A program made the translations under genes and the position numbers. Source: Spirochaetia bacterium (GTDB taxonomy: Bacteria; Spirochaetota; Spirochaetia; SZUA-6; Bin103). Taken from it: DNA of 64,000 nt. This document shows positions 10,738-20,037 of this stretch, piece after piece. The notes under the pieces were generated by a model. That model saw nothing but the letters and a program-made list of their open reading frames with translations, was not told the origin of the DNA and made no database searches. Position 1 is the stretch's first letter; every line of letters starts with the position of its first letter. The stretch is taken from assembly GCA_965199955.1 (NCBI GenBank), contig CBDATQ010000001.1, forward strand, positions 32,001-96,000. Direction: 5' to 3'.

Positions 10738-11598
10738 ATGTCTGTCCTGATCGACCGGAGCACGCGGGTGATCGTGCAGGGCATCACCGGCAATCACGGC
10801 CGCTTCCACGCCGGCCAGATGATCGAGTACGGCACCGACGTGGCCGGCGGCACGCGGCCCGGCAAGGGCGGGGAAACGATCCTGGAGCGGCCGATCTTCG
10901 ATACCGTGGCCGAGGCGCGCGAGCGCACCGGCGCCGACTGCAGCGTCATCTTCGTGCCGCCGCCGCTGGCCGCGGACGCCATCCTGGAGGCCGTGGACGC
11001 GGGTATCCGGCTGGTGGTCTGCATCACCGAGGGGATCCCGATCCGGGACATGCAGCTCGTGCGGGCGCGGGTCGACCGCGGCGGCAGCCGCCTGCTCGGC
11101 CCCAACTGCCCGGGACTGCTGACGCCGGACCGGAGCAAGGTGGGCATCATGCCGGGGACGATCGCTTCGCCCGGCAGCGTGGGCGTGGTGTCGCGCAGCG
11201 GCACCCTGACCTACGAGGCGGTGTACGCCCTGACCGAGCGGGGCATCGGCCAGTCCACCTGCATCGGCATCGGCGGCGACCCGGTGAACGGCACCGACTT
11301 CATCGACGTGCTGGAGCTGTTCGAGCGCGACGCCGGGACCGACCGGGTGGTGCTGATTGGGGAGATCGGCGGCACCGACGAGCAGCGCGCCGCCGACTAC
11401 ATCCGGCGCGAGATGTCCAAGCCGGTGGTGGCCTTCATCGCCGGACGGATGGCCCCGGAAGGCAAGACCATGGGGCACGCCGGCGCGCTGGTGGAGGGGG
11501 CCGAGGGGTCGGCCGGCGACAAGATCGACGCCCTCCGTTCCGCTGGCGCGCGCATCGCCACGCACCCGGAAGAGATCCCGGACCTGGTCAGCGGCTGA
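10738..11598 (+). CDS. sucD: Succinyl-CoA synthetase alpha subunit
   Basis: [26 protein letters not shown] and MGHAGA (phospho-His) motifs. Confidence 0.97.
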   Translation: MSVLIDRSTRVIVQGITGNHGRFHAGQMIEYGTDVAGGTRPGKGGETILERPIFDTVAEARERTGADCSVIFVPPPLAADAILEAVDAGIRLVVCITEGIPIRDMQLVRARVDRGGSRLLGPNCPGLLTPDRSKVGIMPGTIASPGSVGVVSRSGTLTYEAVYALTERGIGQSTCIGIGGDPVNGTDFIDVLELFERDAGTDRVVLIGEIGGTDEQRAADYIRREMSKPVVAFIAGRMAPEGKTMGHAGALVEGAEGSAGDKIDALRSAGARIATHPEEIPDLVSG

Positions 11599-11651
11599 GC
11601 CTCTTGCACCTCGGGGGAGGACGGCGCACGGAACAGGACAGCGCAGAGGAC

Positions 11652-11694
11652 AAAAAAAGGCCCCTGGGTAAAGGAGGTGAAACCCCAGGGGCCT
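11652..11694 (-). terminator. Rho-independent terminator with a 15-nt anti-SD loop
   Basis: Perfect 11-bp stem AGGCCCCTGGG/CCCAGGGGCCT followed by a U tract on the minus strand. Confidence 0.85.
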
Positions 11695-11756
11695 GAAGGC
11701 GAGATGTCCTTCGTGTAGGTAACTAAGCAAACAACCCCACGGCTGTCCGGTTACAC
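11652..11756 (-). ncRNA. Candidate sRNA / structured 3' UTR with three stem-loops
   Basis: Stem 1 GUAAC-CGGACAGCC/GGUUGUUUG-GUUAC with G-U pairs, stem 2 GAAGG/CCUUC, and a terminator whose loop is GUUUCACCUCCUUUA. Confidence 0.55.
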
Positions 11757-11807
11757 CGCCCGGCGCACTTTCTCGGATCGGTCGTTCCAGACCGAATCGG
11801 GCCGCCG

Positions 11808-13148
11808 TCAGGCCTTCTTTCCGATAAGCGCCCGGAATGCCGCGGCGATCGCCAGCGCGTACGCCGCCAGCACTGCGGCGGGCACCCAAGCGCCGCCGCC
11901 CGTGGCGGGAACGTTCAGGACCAGGATCATCGGGATCGCCAGGAAGAAGGTGAGCCCGGATGCGTAGCAGTAGTCGGCCGCGGCCGGCGTGCGCAGCTCC
12001 GGATCGACCACCCGCACCAGGGCGATGCCGGTGGTGAGGGTGCCAGTCAGGCTGCCGTAGAACATCAGCAGCCGGGCGAACGAGTGGTCGGCGAACATGC
12101 GCGGCGTGATCCACATCAGCGATGCCAGGGTCAGCGTCCCGATCAGGAGCGCGAACACGGCCAGCACCAGCCAGTACTCGGCGATGACCCCGACGGCGAT
12201 AGACGCCAGCCCGGCGGCGATCATGAAGTCGACGGCGCCGCCGGCGACGCGCGTCAGCCCGCCGCCATCGAGCAGGTGGGCAAGGCCGAGCCGCTCGGCC
12301 AGCGCGCGCGCGGCCAGCGCCGTCAGCAGCCCGAAGATGAAGGCGATGCCCCACAGGTTGGCCGCCAACTCACTCCCTGCCGGCCCGAGCAGGGCCAGCA
12401 ACCCGGTGATCCCGGCCAGCAGGCCGTAGCTGGCCAGGTAGACTCCGAACACGATGGCCAGCCACAGCGACAGCGAATCGATCGCGTCCGGCTCCGTGCG
12501 CTGCCGGGCGCCTTCCGGCCCCGCGTCCCGCGCGTCCAGCAGCCCGGTGCGCCGGCCGTAGCCGGACGGGGGCTCGATCCACCCGCGCGCAATCGCGGCG
12601 TTGACCAGGAGCACGCCGCCGACGCAGGCCAGCAGGAAGCCGAGCGCCCCGAAGGTCAAGCCGATGCTGCCCGCGCCGGCGAAGCCCAGCCGCTCCCAGC
12701 CCGAGCCGATCGCGAACGCCTGGCCCGGCCCCAGGGAGAAGCCGATCGCCGCCAGGAACCCGAAGCTCGGAAAGAGCTCCGGCAGCAGCGTCCCGATCAG
12801 CGCGAAGGTGAGCAGCAACCCGGCCAGCCCCTGCAGGGTCATCTGCGACAGGATCACGGCCGCCGAGCCCGTGATCGCCCTGGCGCGCCGGCGGGTGGTC
12901 GAACGCAGTCCGAGCGCGATGATCGCCAGGTTGAGCAGGTGGTAGGTGAGCTGCTCGACGCCGCCGGTGCCATGCCCGGCGAGCGGCGCCACCCAGTTGT
13001 AGAACGGGAACAGCAGCACGCCCGCGGTCAGGGCGTTGGGGATCAGGAAGCGCTGCAGCGCCCGGACGCGCGCGCGCAGGGCGGTTGCGGCCGCCAGCGC
13101 CGCGCCGACCAGGCCGAGGTCGATCAGCAGCGGCCAGGAGATGGTCAC
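11808..13148 (-). CDS. Sodium:glutamate symporter family transporter
   Basis: LQRFLIPNALTAG, GFSLGPGQA...G.GWE and YGSLTGT...GIAL.R..DP motifs; polytopic membrane protein. Confidence 0.85.
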   Translation of the reverse strand: MTISWPLLIDLGLVGAALAAATALRARVRALQRFLIPNALTAGVLLFPFYNWVAPLAGHGTGGVEQLTYHLLNLAIIALGLRSTTRRRARAITGSAAVILSQMTLQGLAGLLLTFALIGTLLPELFPSFGFLAAIGFSLGPGQAFAIGSGWERLGFAGAGSIGLTFGALGFLLACVGGVLLVNAAIARGWIEPPSGYGRRTGLLDARDAGPEGARQRTEPDAIDSLSLWLAIVFGVYLASYGLLAGITGLLALLGPAGSELAANLWGIAFIFGLLTALAARALAERLGLAHLLDGGGLTRVAGGAVDFMIAAGLASIAVGVIAEYWLVLAVFALLIGTLTLASLMWITPRMFADHSFARLLMFYGSLTGTLTTGIALVRVVDPELRTPAAADYCYASGLTFFLAIPMILVLNVPATGGGAWVPAAVLAAYALAIAAAFRALIGKKA

Positions 13149-13163
13149 CGTGCGGGAGGGGCT

Positions 13164-14267
13164 TCAGCCGTCGCGCTCGAGCGGGCGGAGGGACTTCGGC
13201 GCGTGGATGAGCGTGCGGACCCCGTCGGCGGTCACCAGCATGTCGTCCTCCACGCGCACCCCGCCGCGCAGCCCGTCGCCGTACACGCCGGGCTCGACGG
13301 TGATGACGTCACCTGAGGCCAGGACGCCGTCCGGCCACGCCGGATTGAGGTAGGGCGGCTCGTGCGGGCAGAGGCCGATGCCGTGGCCGAGGTGGTGGAA
13401 CATGCCGCCGGGCACGATTTCGTCCATGCGCTCGCGCGCCAGGTTGAACAGGTCGACGCAGGCCACGCCCGGCCGTGCCATCCGCTTGACTTCCGCCAGC
13501 GTGTCGACCGCCTGCCGGTGCGCGCGCTCCTGCTCGTCGGTGGGCGAGCTCACCGCGAACACGCGCGAGGCGTCCGCGTAGTAGCCGCGGTAGTTGACGC
13601 CCAGGTCCAGGATCCACAGCTCGTCCGCGCGCGCCGGCCGGCGCCGCGGCGGTCCGCCGGGCGACCCGCACTGGAAGTCCTGCCCGAACCGCAACGGCAG
13701 CTCGCCCGCCTCCTCCACCACCGCGGCGGACAGCTCGCTGTAGAGGGCCAGTTCGTCCAGGCCCGGCTCCATGATCTGTGCGGCGCGCGCGTAGGCGGCG
13801 TCGACGCAGCGCGCGGCGGCCTGGATCAGCTCGACCTCGTCCGGGTCCTTGCGCCTGCGCAGGTTCAGCAGATCGGTCGTCACATCCGTAAACGTGGCGT
13901 CCATGCGCTGCAGCACGGCGGCGCCCAGCACCCCCTGGTCCAGGCCCACGCGGCGCGCGCCGGCAAGCTCCGGGGCGAGTAGCGCCGCGATGCCGTCCGC
14001 CTGGTCCAGGCGGATCGTTGCGTTGGACTGCGCCTCGGCGACCCGCACGTCGTCCACGGTGGCGCCGTCGGAGCGCGGCTCGCTGGTGGCCAGCACCGAG
14101 CGGTCAGCGCCGATCGCCACCGCCCCGAGCGCGAACCACGGCGGCAGGCAGCCGGTGACATAGTAGACGTGGCAGGGATCGGTGAGCAGCAGCAGGTCCA
14201 GCTCGCGGTCGGCCAGAATCGAGCGCACGCGGTCGAGGCGTCGGGCACAGCCATCCAGGGTCAGCAT
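13164..14267 (-). CDS. Xaa-Pro peptidase (M24B)
   Basis: DLG...GYYADASR, HHLGHGIGL..HE.P, TVEPGVY and GGVRVEDD motifs. Confidence 0.92.
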   Translation of the reverse strand: MLTLDGCARRLDRVRSILADRELDLLLLTDPCHVYYVTGCLPPWFALGAVAIGADRSVLATSEPRSDGATVDDVRVAEAQSNATIRLDQADGIAALLAPELAGARRVGLDQGVLGAAVLQRMDATFTDVTTDLLNLRRRKDPDEVELIQAAARCVDAAYARAAQIMEPGLDELALYSELSAAVVEEAGELPLRFGQDFQCGSPGGPPRRRPARADELWILDLGVNYRGYYADASRVFAVSSPTDEQERAHRQAVDTLAEVKRMARPGVACVDLFNLARERMDEIVPGGMFHHLGHGIGLCPHEPPYLNPAWPDGVLASGDVITVEPGVYGDGLRGGVRVEDDMLVTADGVRTLIHAPKSLRPLERDG

Positions 14268-14339
14268 CGCCCGGAGAGTCTACCCCGGCAGCCTGGCCGG
14301 CGCTTGCCTGCTCCGGGTGCTTCGGGTACTAAGGGAACA

Positions 14340-15092
14340 GTGGTACTGCTGATCATCGTCGGCGCCATCGTGGTGGTGGGCCTGGGGGTCTTCTTCATCG
14401 AGCCCGGCATTTTCGCTCTGGCGTACAGCCTGATCACGCCGCTGTTCGTGCGCAATCCGCCGTTCGTGGAGCTGGATCGGAGCTTTCCCGGCCACCGGAT
14501 GATCGAGGACGCCTACCCGGAGATCCGCGCGGAGGCGGAGGCGCTGCTGCGGCACCCGGAGCGGATCCCGAAATTCCACGAGGTCGACCCGCTGCAGACC
14601 CCGATCTCCGGCAAGGACGGGATCCCGTGGCGGACCTTCTTTCTCAAGGGTCACGGCGTCTGGCACGACACCAACGTGAAGCTGGCCCCGAAGACCGTGG
14701 AGGTGCTCGGGCAGATCCCGGAGGTCGAAACGGCGATGTTCTCGATCCTGGACGGCGGCAAGCACATCCCCGCGCACCGCGGCTTCTTCCGGGGGGTGTA
14801 CCGCTACCACCTGGGCCTGATCGTGCCGGACGACGCGCCGGTCTACATCGTCTGCGGCGGGCAGGAGTACCACTGGCGGGAAGGGCAAGGCGTGCTGTTC
14901 GACGACACCTACCGGCACGAGGTGTGGAACAGGAGCGCTCACCCGCGGGTGGTGCTGTTCCTGAACGTCCTGCGCGACGCCGACCTGCCGCGCTGGATGC
15001 GCCCGATCAACCGCCTGGTGGCGTCGTTGATGCAGAGATCGCCCAAGCTGAAACGCGCCGGCAAGCGCGCCGAGGTGGCGATGGACATCTGA
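14340..15092 (+). CDS. Aspartyl/asparaginyl beta-hydroxylase family protein, membrane anchored
   Basis: N-terminal TM helix; AMFSIL...IPAHRG...RYHLGL, W.EG..VLFDDTY.HEVWN and RVVLF motifs. Confidence 0.9.
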   Translation: MVLLIIVGAIVVVGLGVFFIEPGIFALAYSLITPLFVRNPPFVELDRSFPGHRMIEDAYPEIRAEAEALLRHPERIPKFHEVDPLQTPISGKDGIPWRTFFLKGHGVWHDTNVKLAPKTVEVLGQIPEVETAMFSILDGGKHIPAHRGFFRGVYRYHLGLIVPDDAPVYIVCGGQEYHWREGQGVLFDDTYRHEVWNRSAHPRVVLFLNVLRDADLPRWMRPINRLVASLMQRSPKLKRAGKRAEVAMDI

Positions 15093-15104
15093 CCCCGATG
15101 GGGT

Positions 15105-15263
15105 TCACTCCTCCGGCGTTGGCTTCGGCGGAATGGTCACCGTCGCGCTCGATGGCGAACCGATCGAGTAGTAGCCGTAGTGACTGACGTTGACGTACTG
15201 GTTGTTGCCGCCGCGAAACAGCAGCTCGGAGAAATTGTCCAGCGACACCCGCAGCTCCGCACC
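15105..15263 (-). pseudogene. C-terminal remnant of a Calx-beta-like/surface protein
   Basis: Open frame GAELRVSLDNFSELLFRGGNNQYVNVSHYGYYSIGSPSSATVTIPPKPTPEE*, preceded by an in-frame TGA. Y.IGSPSSATVTI resembles Calx-beta repeat ends. Confidence 0.5.
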
Positions 15264-15337
15264 TCATCCGAGGCCGATCGGCCAAGCACGTCCGCGCGCC
15301 GCTGGACGTGCGGCGAGGAGGAGTGAACGGGAGGTGC

Positions 15338-16546
15338 TCAGCCGGCGGGCGTCAGGTCTTCGGACAGACCGACGCGGCCTGGAGGGAGCCCCCACGGCGC
15401 TCCGGCGCCGGCGTAGCCGGTCGCGGCGGCGTGCGCGGCCTGCAGGGTCCGCTCGATGCCGCGGATCGCGGTGACCGGGCCGGCGGCATCCGCGGGCAGC
15501 AACGGCGGCGGGGTCGCCGTGAGCACGAACTCGGCCGGCACCTCCGCGGGCGGGGCGGCGGCAAAGCTGGCCTCGATGCAGGCGGTGTGCTGCAGGGCGT
15601 TGCCGATCGTGCAGGCGGGCGGCTCGCCGGTCTCCATCGACGCCAGCAGTGCGCGCAGCGGCTGGGACGGGTCGTACGGCGGGTCGGCCATCTCCTCGCT
15701 CCTGCCTGCCCGTTCGATCACCACGCGGCCGCCGGCAACGGTTGCCGTGCCGCCCTCGAAGCGGTACTCGATGTGGGCGTCCGTCGCCTCCAGGCAGGCG
15801 TGCGCCGCCAGCATGCCGATGACGGTCCCTTCGCCGGTCTCGACCCGCAGGTACTGGGTATCGGCCCAGGCCTCGCGGGCGGCGCGGTAATTCTCGGCCG
15901 TGACGGCGACGGGGGTGGCCGCCTGTCGCTCGCCCGCGCCGGCCACGTACAGCATCTGCTGGAGCTGGTGGGCGCAGGCGTTCTGGATCGGTGAGTCGAG
16001 GACCTCGACGCCGCCGCGCCGGCCGCCCCAGTCGCGGCGCCGGTAGTAGCGCCGGCCGCGCGTCGCGCTGATCAGCGTCCGCGCGTGTGTGAGCGCGCCC
16101 AGCCCGCCCCCGGTGCGCAGGGCCTTGAGCCGGGCGACCGCGGGAGAGTACATGCCCTGATAGCCGATAGCCAGGATGCGTCCGCTACGCGCCGCGGCCT
16201 GCTGCATGCGGCGCGCCTGCGCCAGGGTGCCGGCGGCCGGCTTCTCGCAGAGCACGTGGCAGCCGGCCTCCAGCGCCGCGACGGATGCGGTCTCGTGGCA
16301 GGGGATGCCGCCGGCGACCACGACCAGGTCCAGCCGGCCCGCCTCGGCGCCCAGCAGCTCCTCCAGGGTCGGGTGCGCGGTTGCGCCGAGCTCGCCGAGC
16401 ATGCGCTCCGACTCCCGGTAGCGGCCGGGCGTGCGCACCACGGCGGCGGCCAGCGCGCAGCGCCGCTCGGCCTGCCCGGCTGCGAGCACCTCCAGCAGCG
16501 TGCGGCCGTAGCCGCCGATCCCGACCAGGGCGGCGCGCGGTGCCAT
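15338..16546 (-). CDS. Gfo/Idh/MocA family oxidoreductase
   Basis: ALVGIGGYG, HVLCEKP, LAIGYQ and DSPIQNACAH motifs. Confidence 0.9.
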   Translation of the reverse strand: MAPRAALVGIGGYGRTLLEVLAAGQAERRCALAAAVVRTPGRYRESERMLGELGATAHPTLEELLGAEAGRLDLVVVAGGIPCHETASVAALEAGCHVLCEKPAAGTLAQARRMQQAAARSGRILAIGYQGMYSPAVARLKALRTGGGLGALTHARTLISATRGRRYYRRRDWGGRRGGVEVLDSPIQNACAHQLQQMLYVAGAGERQAATPVAVTAENYRAAREAWADTQYLRVETGEGTVIGMLAAHACLEATDAHIEYRFEGGTATVAGGRVVIERAGRSEEMADPPYDPSQPLRALLASMETGEPPACTIGNALQHTACIEASFAAAPPAEVPAEFVLTATPPPLLPADAAGPVTAIRGIERTLQAAHAAATGYAGAGAPWGLPPGRVGLSEDLTPAG

Positions 16547-16655
16547 CGCTCAGCCCGCTCCCCGTGGCCTGTGACTGGACATGGGGCTCATCATACCCCG
16601 GCGTCGCCGGCCTGACGGCAGTCGGCTTGGACGGCTACGATGCGTCGCTTCGCCG

Positions 16656-17084
16656 ATGCCCTCCCGCCTCAGTACGACCAATCGCATCATCGCCGTCACG
16701 ATCGGCGCCGGGGTCACCGTGGCCCAGGCGATCAGCGCCGGGGTGGGCTGGCAGGCGATGGCGTCGACCTTCGAGCGGATCGCGCACGTCGCGGCCGCCC
16801 CGCTGGCCGGGGCGGCGGCCGCCGGTTTGTGGGTGCTGCTGGCGCGCGCGCCGCAGGCGGTCCGCCGGCTGTTCCTGCCGACGCCTGAGCGGGTCGAGTG
16901 GACGATCGAGACCGCGCGGGCAGCCGGCCTGCTGCCGGAGGGCTACGTGAGCGACCCGCACCGCGACCTGCTGGTCGCCCGCGCCATCACCTTCGACCGC
17001 AAGGCCGGCCTCACCGACGACGAAATCCGCAAGGATCTGGCTGACCAACTGGCAGAGGATGCCCGGCAGGAGCCCGGCGGCTAG
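16656..17084 (+). CDS. Hypothetical membrane protein
   Basis: Two hydrophobic segments and codon usage like neighbouring genes; fills the gap between flanking genes. Confidence 0.6.
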   Translation: MPSRLSTTNRIIAVTIGAGVTVAQAISAGVGWQAMASTFERIAHVAAAPLAGAAAAGLWVLLARAPQAVRRLFLPTPERVEWTIETARAAGLLPEGYVSDPHRDLLVARAITFDRKAGLTDDEIRKDLADQLAEDARQEPGG

Positions 17085-17920
17085 CCACGAATTCCGGACA
17101 GGAAGATTTCCGCCGCCTGCGCCACGGTCAGCTCGCGCGCCAGGATCCGGTCCTGGAAGTCGCGGGTCCAGGCGGCCAGCCGGCCGCGGGCGGTGCGGAA
17201 CTCGTTGAGGATCGTGCGGCCGATCGGGCCGCAGCCGTCCAGGAAGCCGGTGAGAGCGAAGTCGCGTTCGGCAGCGGCGCGGTCGTAGTCCAGCCGCACG
17301 ATGCGCACGCCCCACCCGGTGGAGCCGATCAGCTCCAGGCGCGCGTAGCCGGCCCGCGGGTCGCCGTCGAACGGCATGCCGATGGAGCCGGCGTTGACCA
17401 CCAGGCAGCCGCGGTGGCGGCGGACCAGCGGGCGGTGGGTGTGGCCGACCGCGAACACGGCGCTGCCGGCGCGCACCTTGCTGTCGAGTTCCTGGTCGGT
17501 GGTGTGCGGGTAGATGCCGTCGCGGGAGCCGAGCAGCGTGCCGTGCGTCATGAAGACCTCGCCCGCCGGCGTCGGCAGGCTCGCCTCGGTCGCCATGGCG
17601 GGCAGCTCGGCGGCGCGCGCCCCCAGCGACCGCCGGCACCAGTCGACCGCCGCGAACACGTCATGGGCCGGCGGCGGGCGGGCGGCATCCGGAGAACCGC
17701 GCTGCATCACGTACTCCTCGTGGTTGCCGCGAATGACGATCCAGCCGTCTCTCGCGCGCCGCTCAGCGACCAGGTCCCAGCACTCCGGGGAGCGCGGGCC
17801 GCGGTTGACGATGTCCCCGGCCACCAGCACCGCGTCCGGCCGCCACCGGTCGACGTGATCCATGACCGCGCGCAGGGCCTGCAGGTTGCCGTGCACGTCG
17901 GCCAGGATGGCGATCTTCAC
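17081..17920 (-). CDS. Calcineurin-like metallophosphoesterase
   Basis: ADVHGN, GDIVNRGP, GNHE, HG, GHTH and NAGSIG motifs. Confidence 0.92.
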   Translation of the reverse strand: MKIAILADVHGNLQALRAVMDHVDRWRPDAVLVAGDIVNRGPRSPECWDLVAERRARDGWIVIRGNHEEYVMQRGSPDAARPPPAHDVFAAVDWCRRSLGARAAELPAMATEASLPTPAGEVFMTHGTLLGSRDGIYPHTTDQELDSKVRAGSAVFAVGHTHRPLVRRHRGCLVVNAGSIGMPFDGDPRAGYARLELIGSTGWGVRIVRLDYDRAAAERDFALTGFLDGCGPIGRTILNEFRTARGRLAAWTRDFQDRILARELTVAQAAEIFLSGIRG

Positions 17921-17957
17921 GAGTGGCGCCCACGAAGGGAGGGCGGGAGTCCCGCAG

Positions 17958-17988
17958 TTTGACAGTACGTCAAATCGGCCAATACATT
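17958..17988 (+). promoter_or_regulatory. Sigma70-like promoter of korAB with a palindromic operator over -35
   Basis: TTGACA(17959-64)-18 nt-TACATT(17983-88), plus inverted repeat TTTGAC-AGTAC-GTCAAA. Confidence 0.6.
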
Positions 17989-18080
17989 AGCGTAGCTTTC
18001 GGGGTGCGTGCGCGAGCCGTTTGCGACGCGCGAAGCGATCAGGCCTTGCCTGCTCGCAAGAATCAACCGATCAACAGAAC

Positions 18081-20030
18081 ATGGAACTGATTACTGATCT
18101 GGCGTGGCGGATCGGCGGACCGCAAGGGAGCGGCGTCGATACCGCGGCCCGCTTTTTCGCCCGCTCCTGCGCGGCGGCGGGCCTGCACGTGTTCGGCCAT
18201 CGCGAATACTACTCCAACATCATGGGCCGCCACTCTTACTACGACGTGCGCGTGGCCGACCACCCCCTCACCTGCCACCGGAGCGAAGTGGACTTCATGG
18301 CGTCGTTCGACGCGGAGACGCTGGCCCGGAACGTGATGACGGTCGCGGACGGCGGCTGGCTGCTCCACTCGGAGCGCGACGCCGATGTGCCCCTGAGCCG
18401 GCTGAGCATGCTGGACGAGCGGGTGGCCGAAGACCTGACCGCGCTGCTGGACGAGCGCGGCCTGCCGCACGGCACCGCCGGCCTGCTGGAGCTGGCGGCC
18501 GAGCGCGGCGTGCACGCGCTGCCGGTGGACTTCGGCGCGGTGACCGGCGCCCTGGCGGAGGAGATGGGCATCCCGCCGGCGCGCGCCGACCGCACCCGCA
18601 ACACGGTGTCGGTGGCGGTCTGCTGCGCGGCCATGGGGCTGGACCGCTCCTACCTGGTGAGCGCCCTGGACCGCGTGTTCCGCGGCCGCAAGCCGATCGT
18701 GGAGCTCAACGTACACGCCATCGACCAGGCGTACCGCTACGCGCTGCAGCGGTTCGAGGAGCACTCGTTTCACCTCAGCCTCAAGCCCGGCGGCGCCGCG
18801 GACGGCCGCCTGTACATCAACGGCAGCGAGGCGGTGGCCATGGGCAAGATGGCCGCCGGCCTCGGCTTCCAGACCTACTACCCGATCAGCCCCGCCACGG
18901 CGGAGAACACCTTCCTGGAGCGGCACACCCGCATCGGCCGCGAAGGCGGCGGCGACCAGGCCGTGGTCGTGGTGCAGACCGAGGACGAGATCGCGGCCAT
19001 CACCATGGCGGCCGGCGCGGCGCTCACCGGCGTGCGCGCCTCCACCGCGACCTCCGGCCCCGGCTTCTCACTGATGACCGAGGGACTCGGCTGGGTCGGC
19101 ATCAACGAGGTGCCGCTGGTGGTGACGCTCTGGCAGCGCGGTGGCCCGTCGACCGGCCTGCCCACGCGCACGGAGCAGGGCGACCTGCTGTCCGCCCTGC
19201 ACGCCGGCCACGGCGAGTTCCCGCGCATCGTGCTGGCCTCCTCCGACCTGGAGGAGGCGTTCGCGGACGCCGCGCACGCGTTCAACTACGCCGAGCGCTA
19301 CCAGCTCCCGGTCATCCACCTGATGGACAAGGCGCTGTCCAGCACGACGCAGACCCTGACCCGCTTCGATCCGTCCACGCTGTCGATCGACCGCGGCCTG
19401 CTCTACGAGCCGAATGGCCGCGCGCCGGAGCAGGGGTCTTTTCCGCGCTTCGCGGTCACCGACGACGGCATCTCGCCGCGGCCGGTGCTCGGGCAGCCGG
19501 GCGGCATGCACTGGGTGACCGGCGGCGAGCACACCGAGGAGGGCCGCGTCACCGAGGACCCGGTCGTGCGCGAGCAACAGGTGGAGAAGCGGGAGCGCAA
19601 GCTGGAGCTGGCGGCGGCCGAGATCGGCGCGGCGGAGAAGCTGGCCGTCTACGGCGCCGCCGACGCGGCGGTGACCGTGGTGGGCTGGGGCTCCACCAAG
19701 GGCGCGGTGCTGGAGGCGATGGATGCGCTGGCGGGCGAGGGCATCGGCGTGCGGCTGGTGCAGGTGCGGCTGCTCTGGCCGTTCCCGGGTGAGGAGCTTG
19801 CGGAGCTGCTGGCCGGCGAGCGGGCGGCAGGCCCGGTGGTGACCGTGGAGCTCAACCACTCCGGGCAGTTCGCGCGCCTGCTGGCGGAGCAGACCGGCGT
19901 GCGCGCCGCGCACCGCATTCTCAAGTACAACGGCCGGCCGTTCACGGCCGCCGAGCTGCAGGCGCCGCTGCGCCTCGGCGCCGCCGGCGGCGCCGAGGCG
20001 CGGACCGTCGTCCGCAATCCCTGGGAGTAG
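18081..20030 (+). CDS. korA: 2-oxoacid:ferredoxin oxidoreductase alpha subunit (gamma-alpha fusion)
   Basis: GGPQGSGV, YYPISPA, QTEDEIAA, TSGPGFSLM.E and RGGPSTGLPT motifs. Confidence 0.92.
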   Translation: MELITDLAWRIGGPQGSGVDTAARFFARSCAAAGLHVFGHREYYSNIMGRHSYYDVRVADHPLTCHRSEVDFMASFDAETLARNVMTVADGGWLLHSERDADVPLSRLSMLDERVAEDLTALLDERGLPHGTAGLLELAAERGVHALPVDFGAVTGALAEEMGIPPARADRTRNTVSVAVCCAAMGLDRSYLVSALDRVFRGRKPIVELNVHAIDQAYRYALQRFEEHSFHLSLKPGGAADGRLYINGSEAVAMGKMAAGLGFQTYYPISPATAENTFLERHTRIGREGGGDQAVVVVQTEDEIAAITMAAGAALTGVRASTATSGPGFSLMTEGLGWVGINEVPLVVTLWQRGGPSTGLPTRTEQGDLLSALHAGHGEFPRIVLASSDLEEAFADAAHAFNYAERYQLPVIHLMDKALSSTTQTLTRFDPSTLSIDRGLLYEPNGRAPEQGSFPRFAVTDDGISPRPVLGQPGGMHWVTGGEHTEEGRVTEDPVVREQQVEKRERKLELAAAEIGAAEKLAVYGAADAAVTVVGWGSTKGAVLEAMDALAGEGIGVRLVQVRLLWPFPGEELAELLAGERAAGPVVTVELNHSGQFARLLAEQTGVRAAHRILKYNGRPFTAAELQAPLRLGAAGGAEARTVVRNPWE

Positions 20031-20037
20031 CGAGGAT

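Noticed and set aside
11669..11683. 16S rRNA gene fragment or a true RBS
   Set aside because: Only the tail motif matches, with no other rRNA sequence, and no start codon lies at SD spacing on the plus strand
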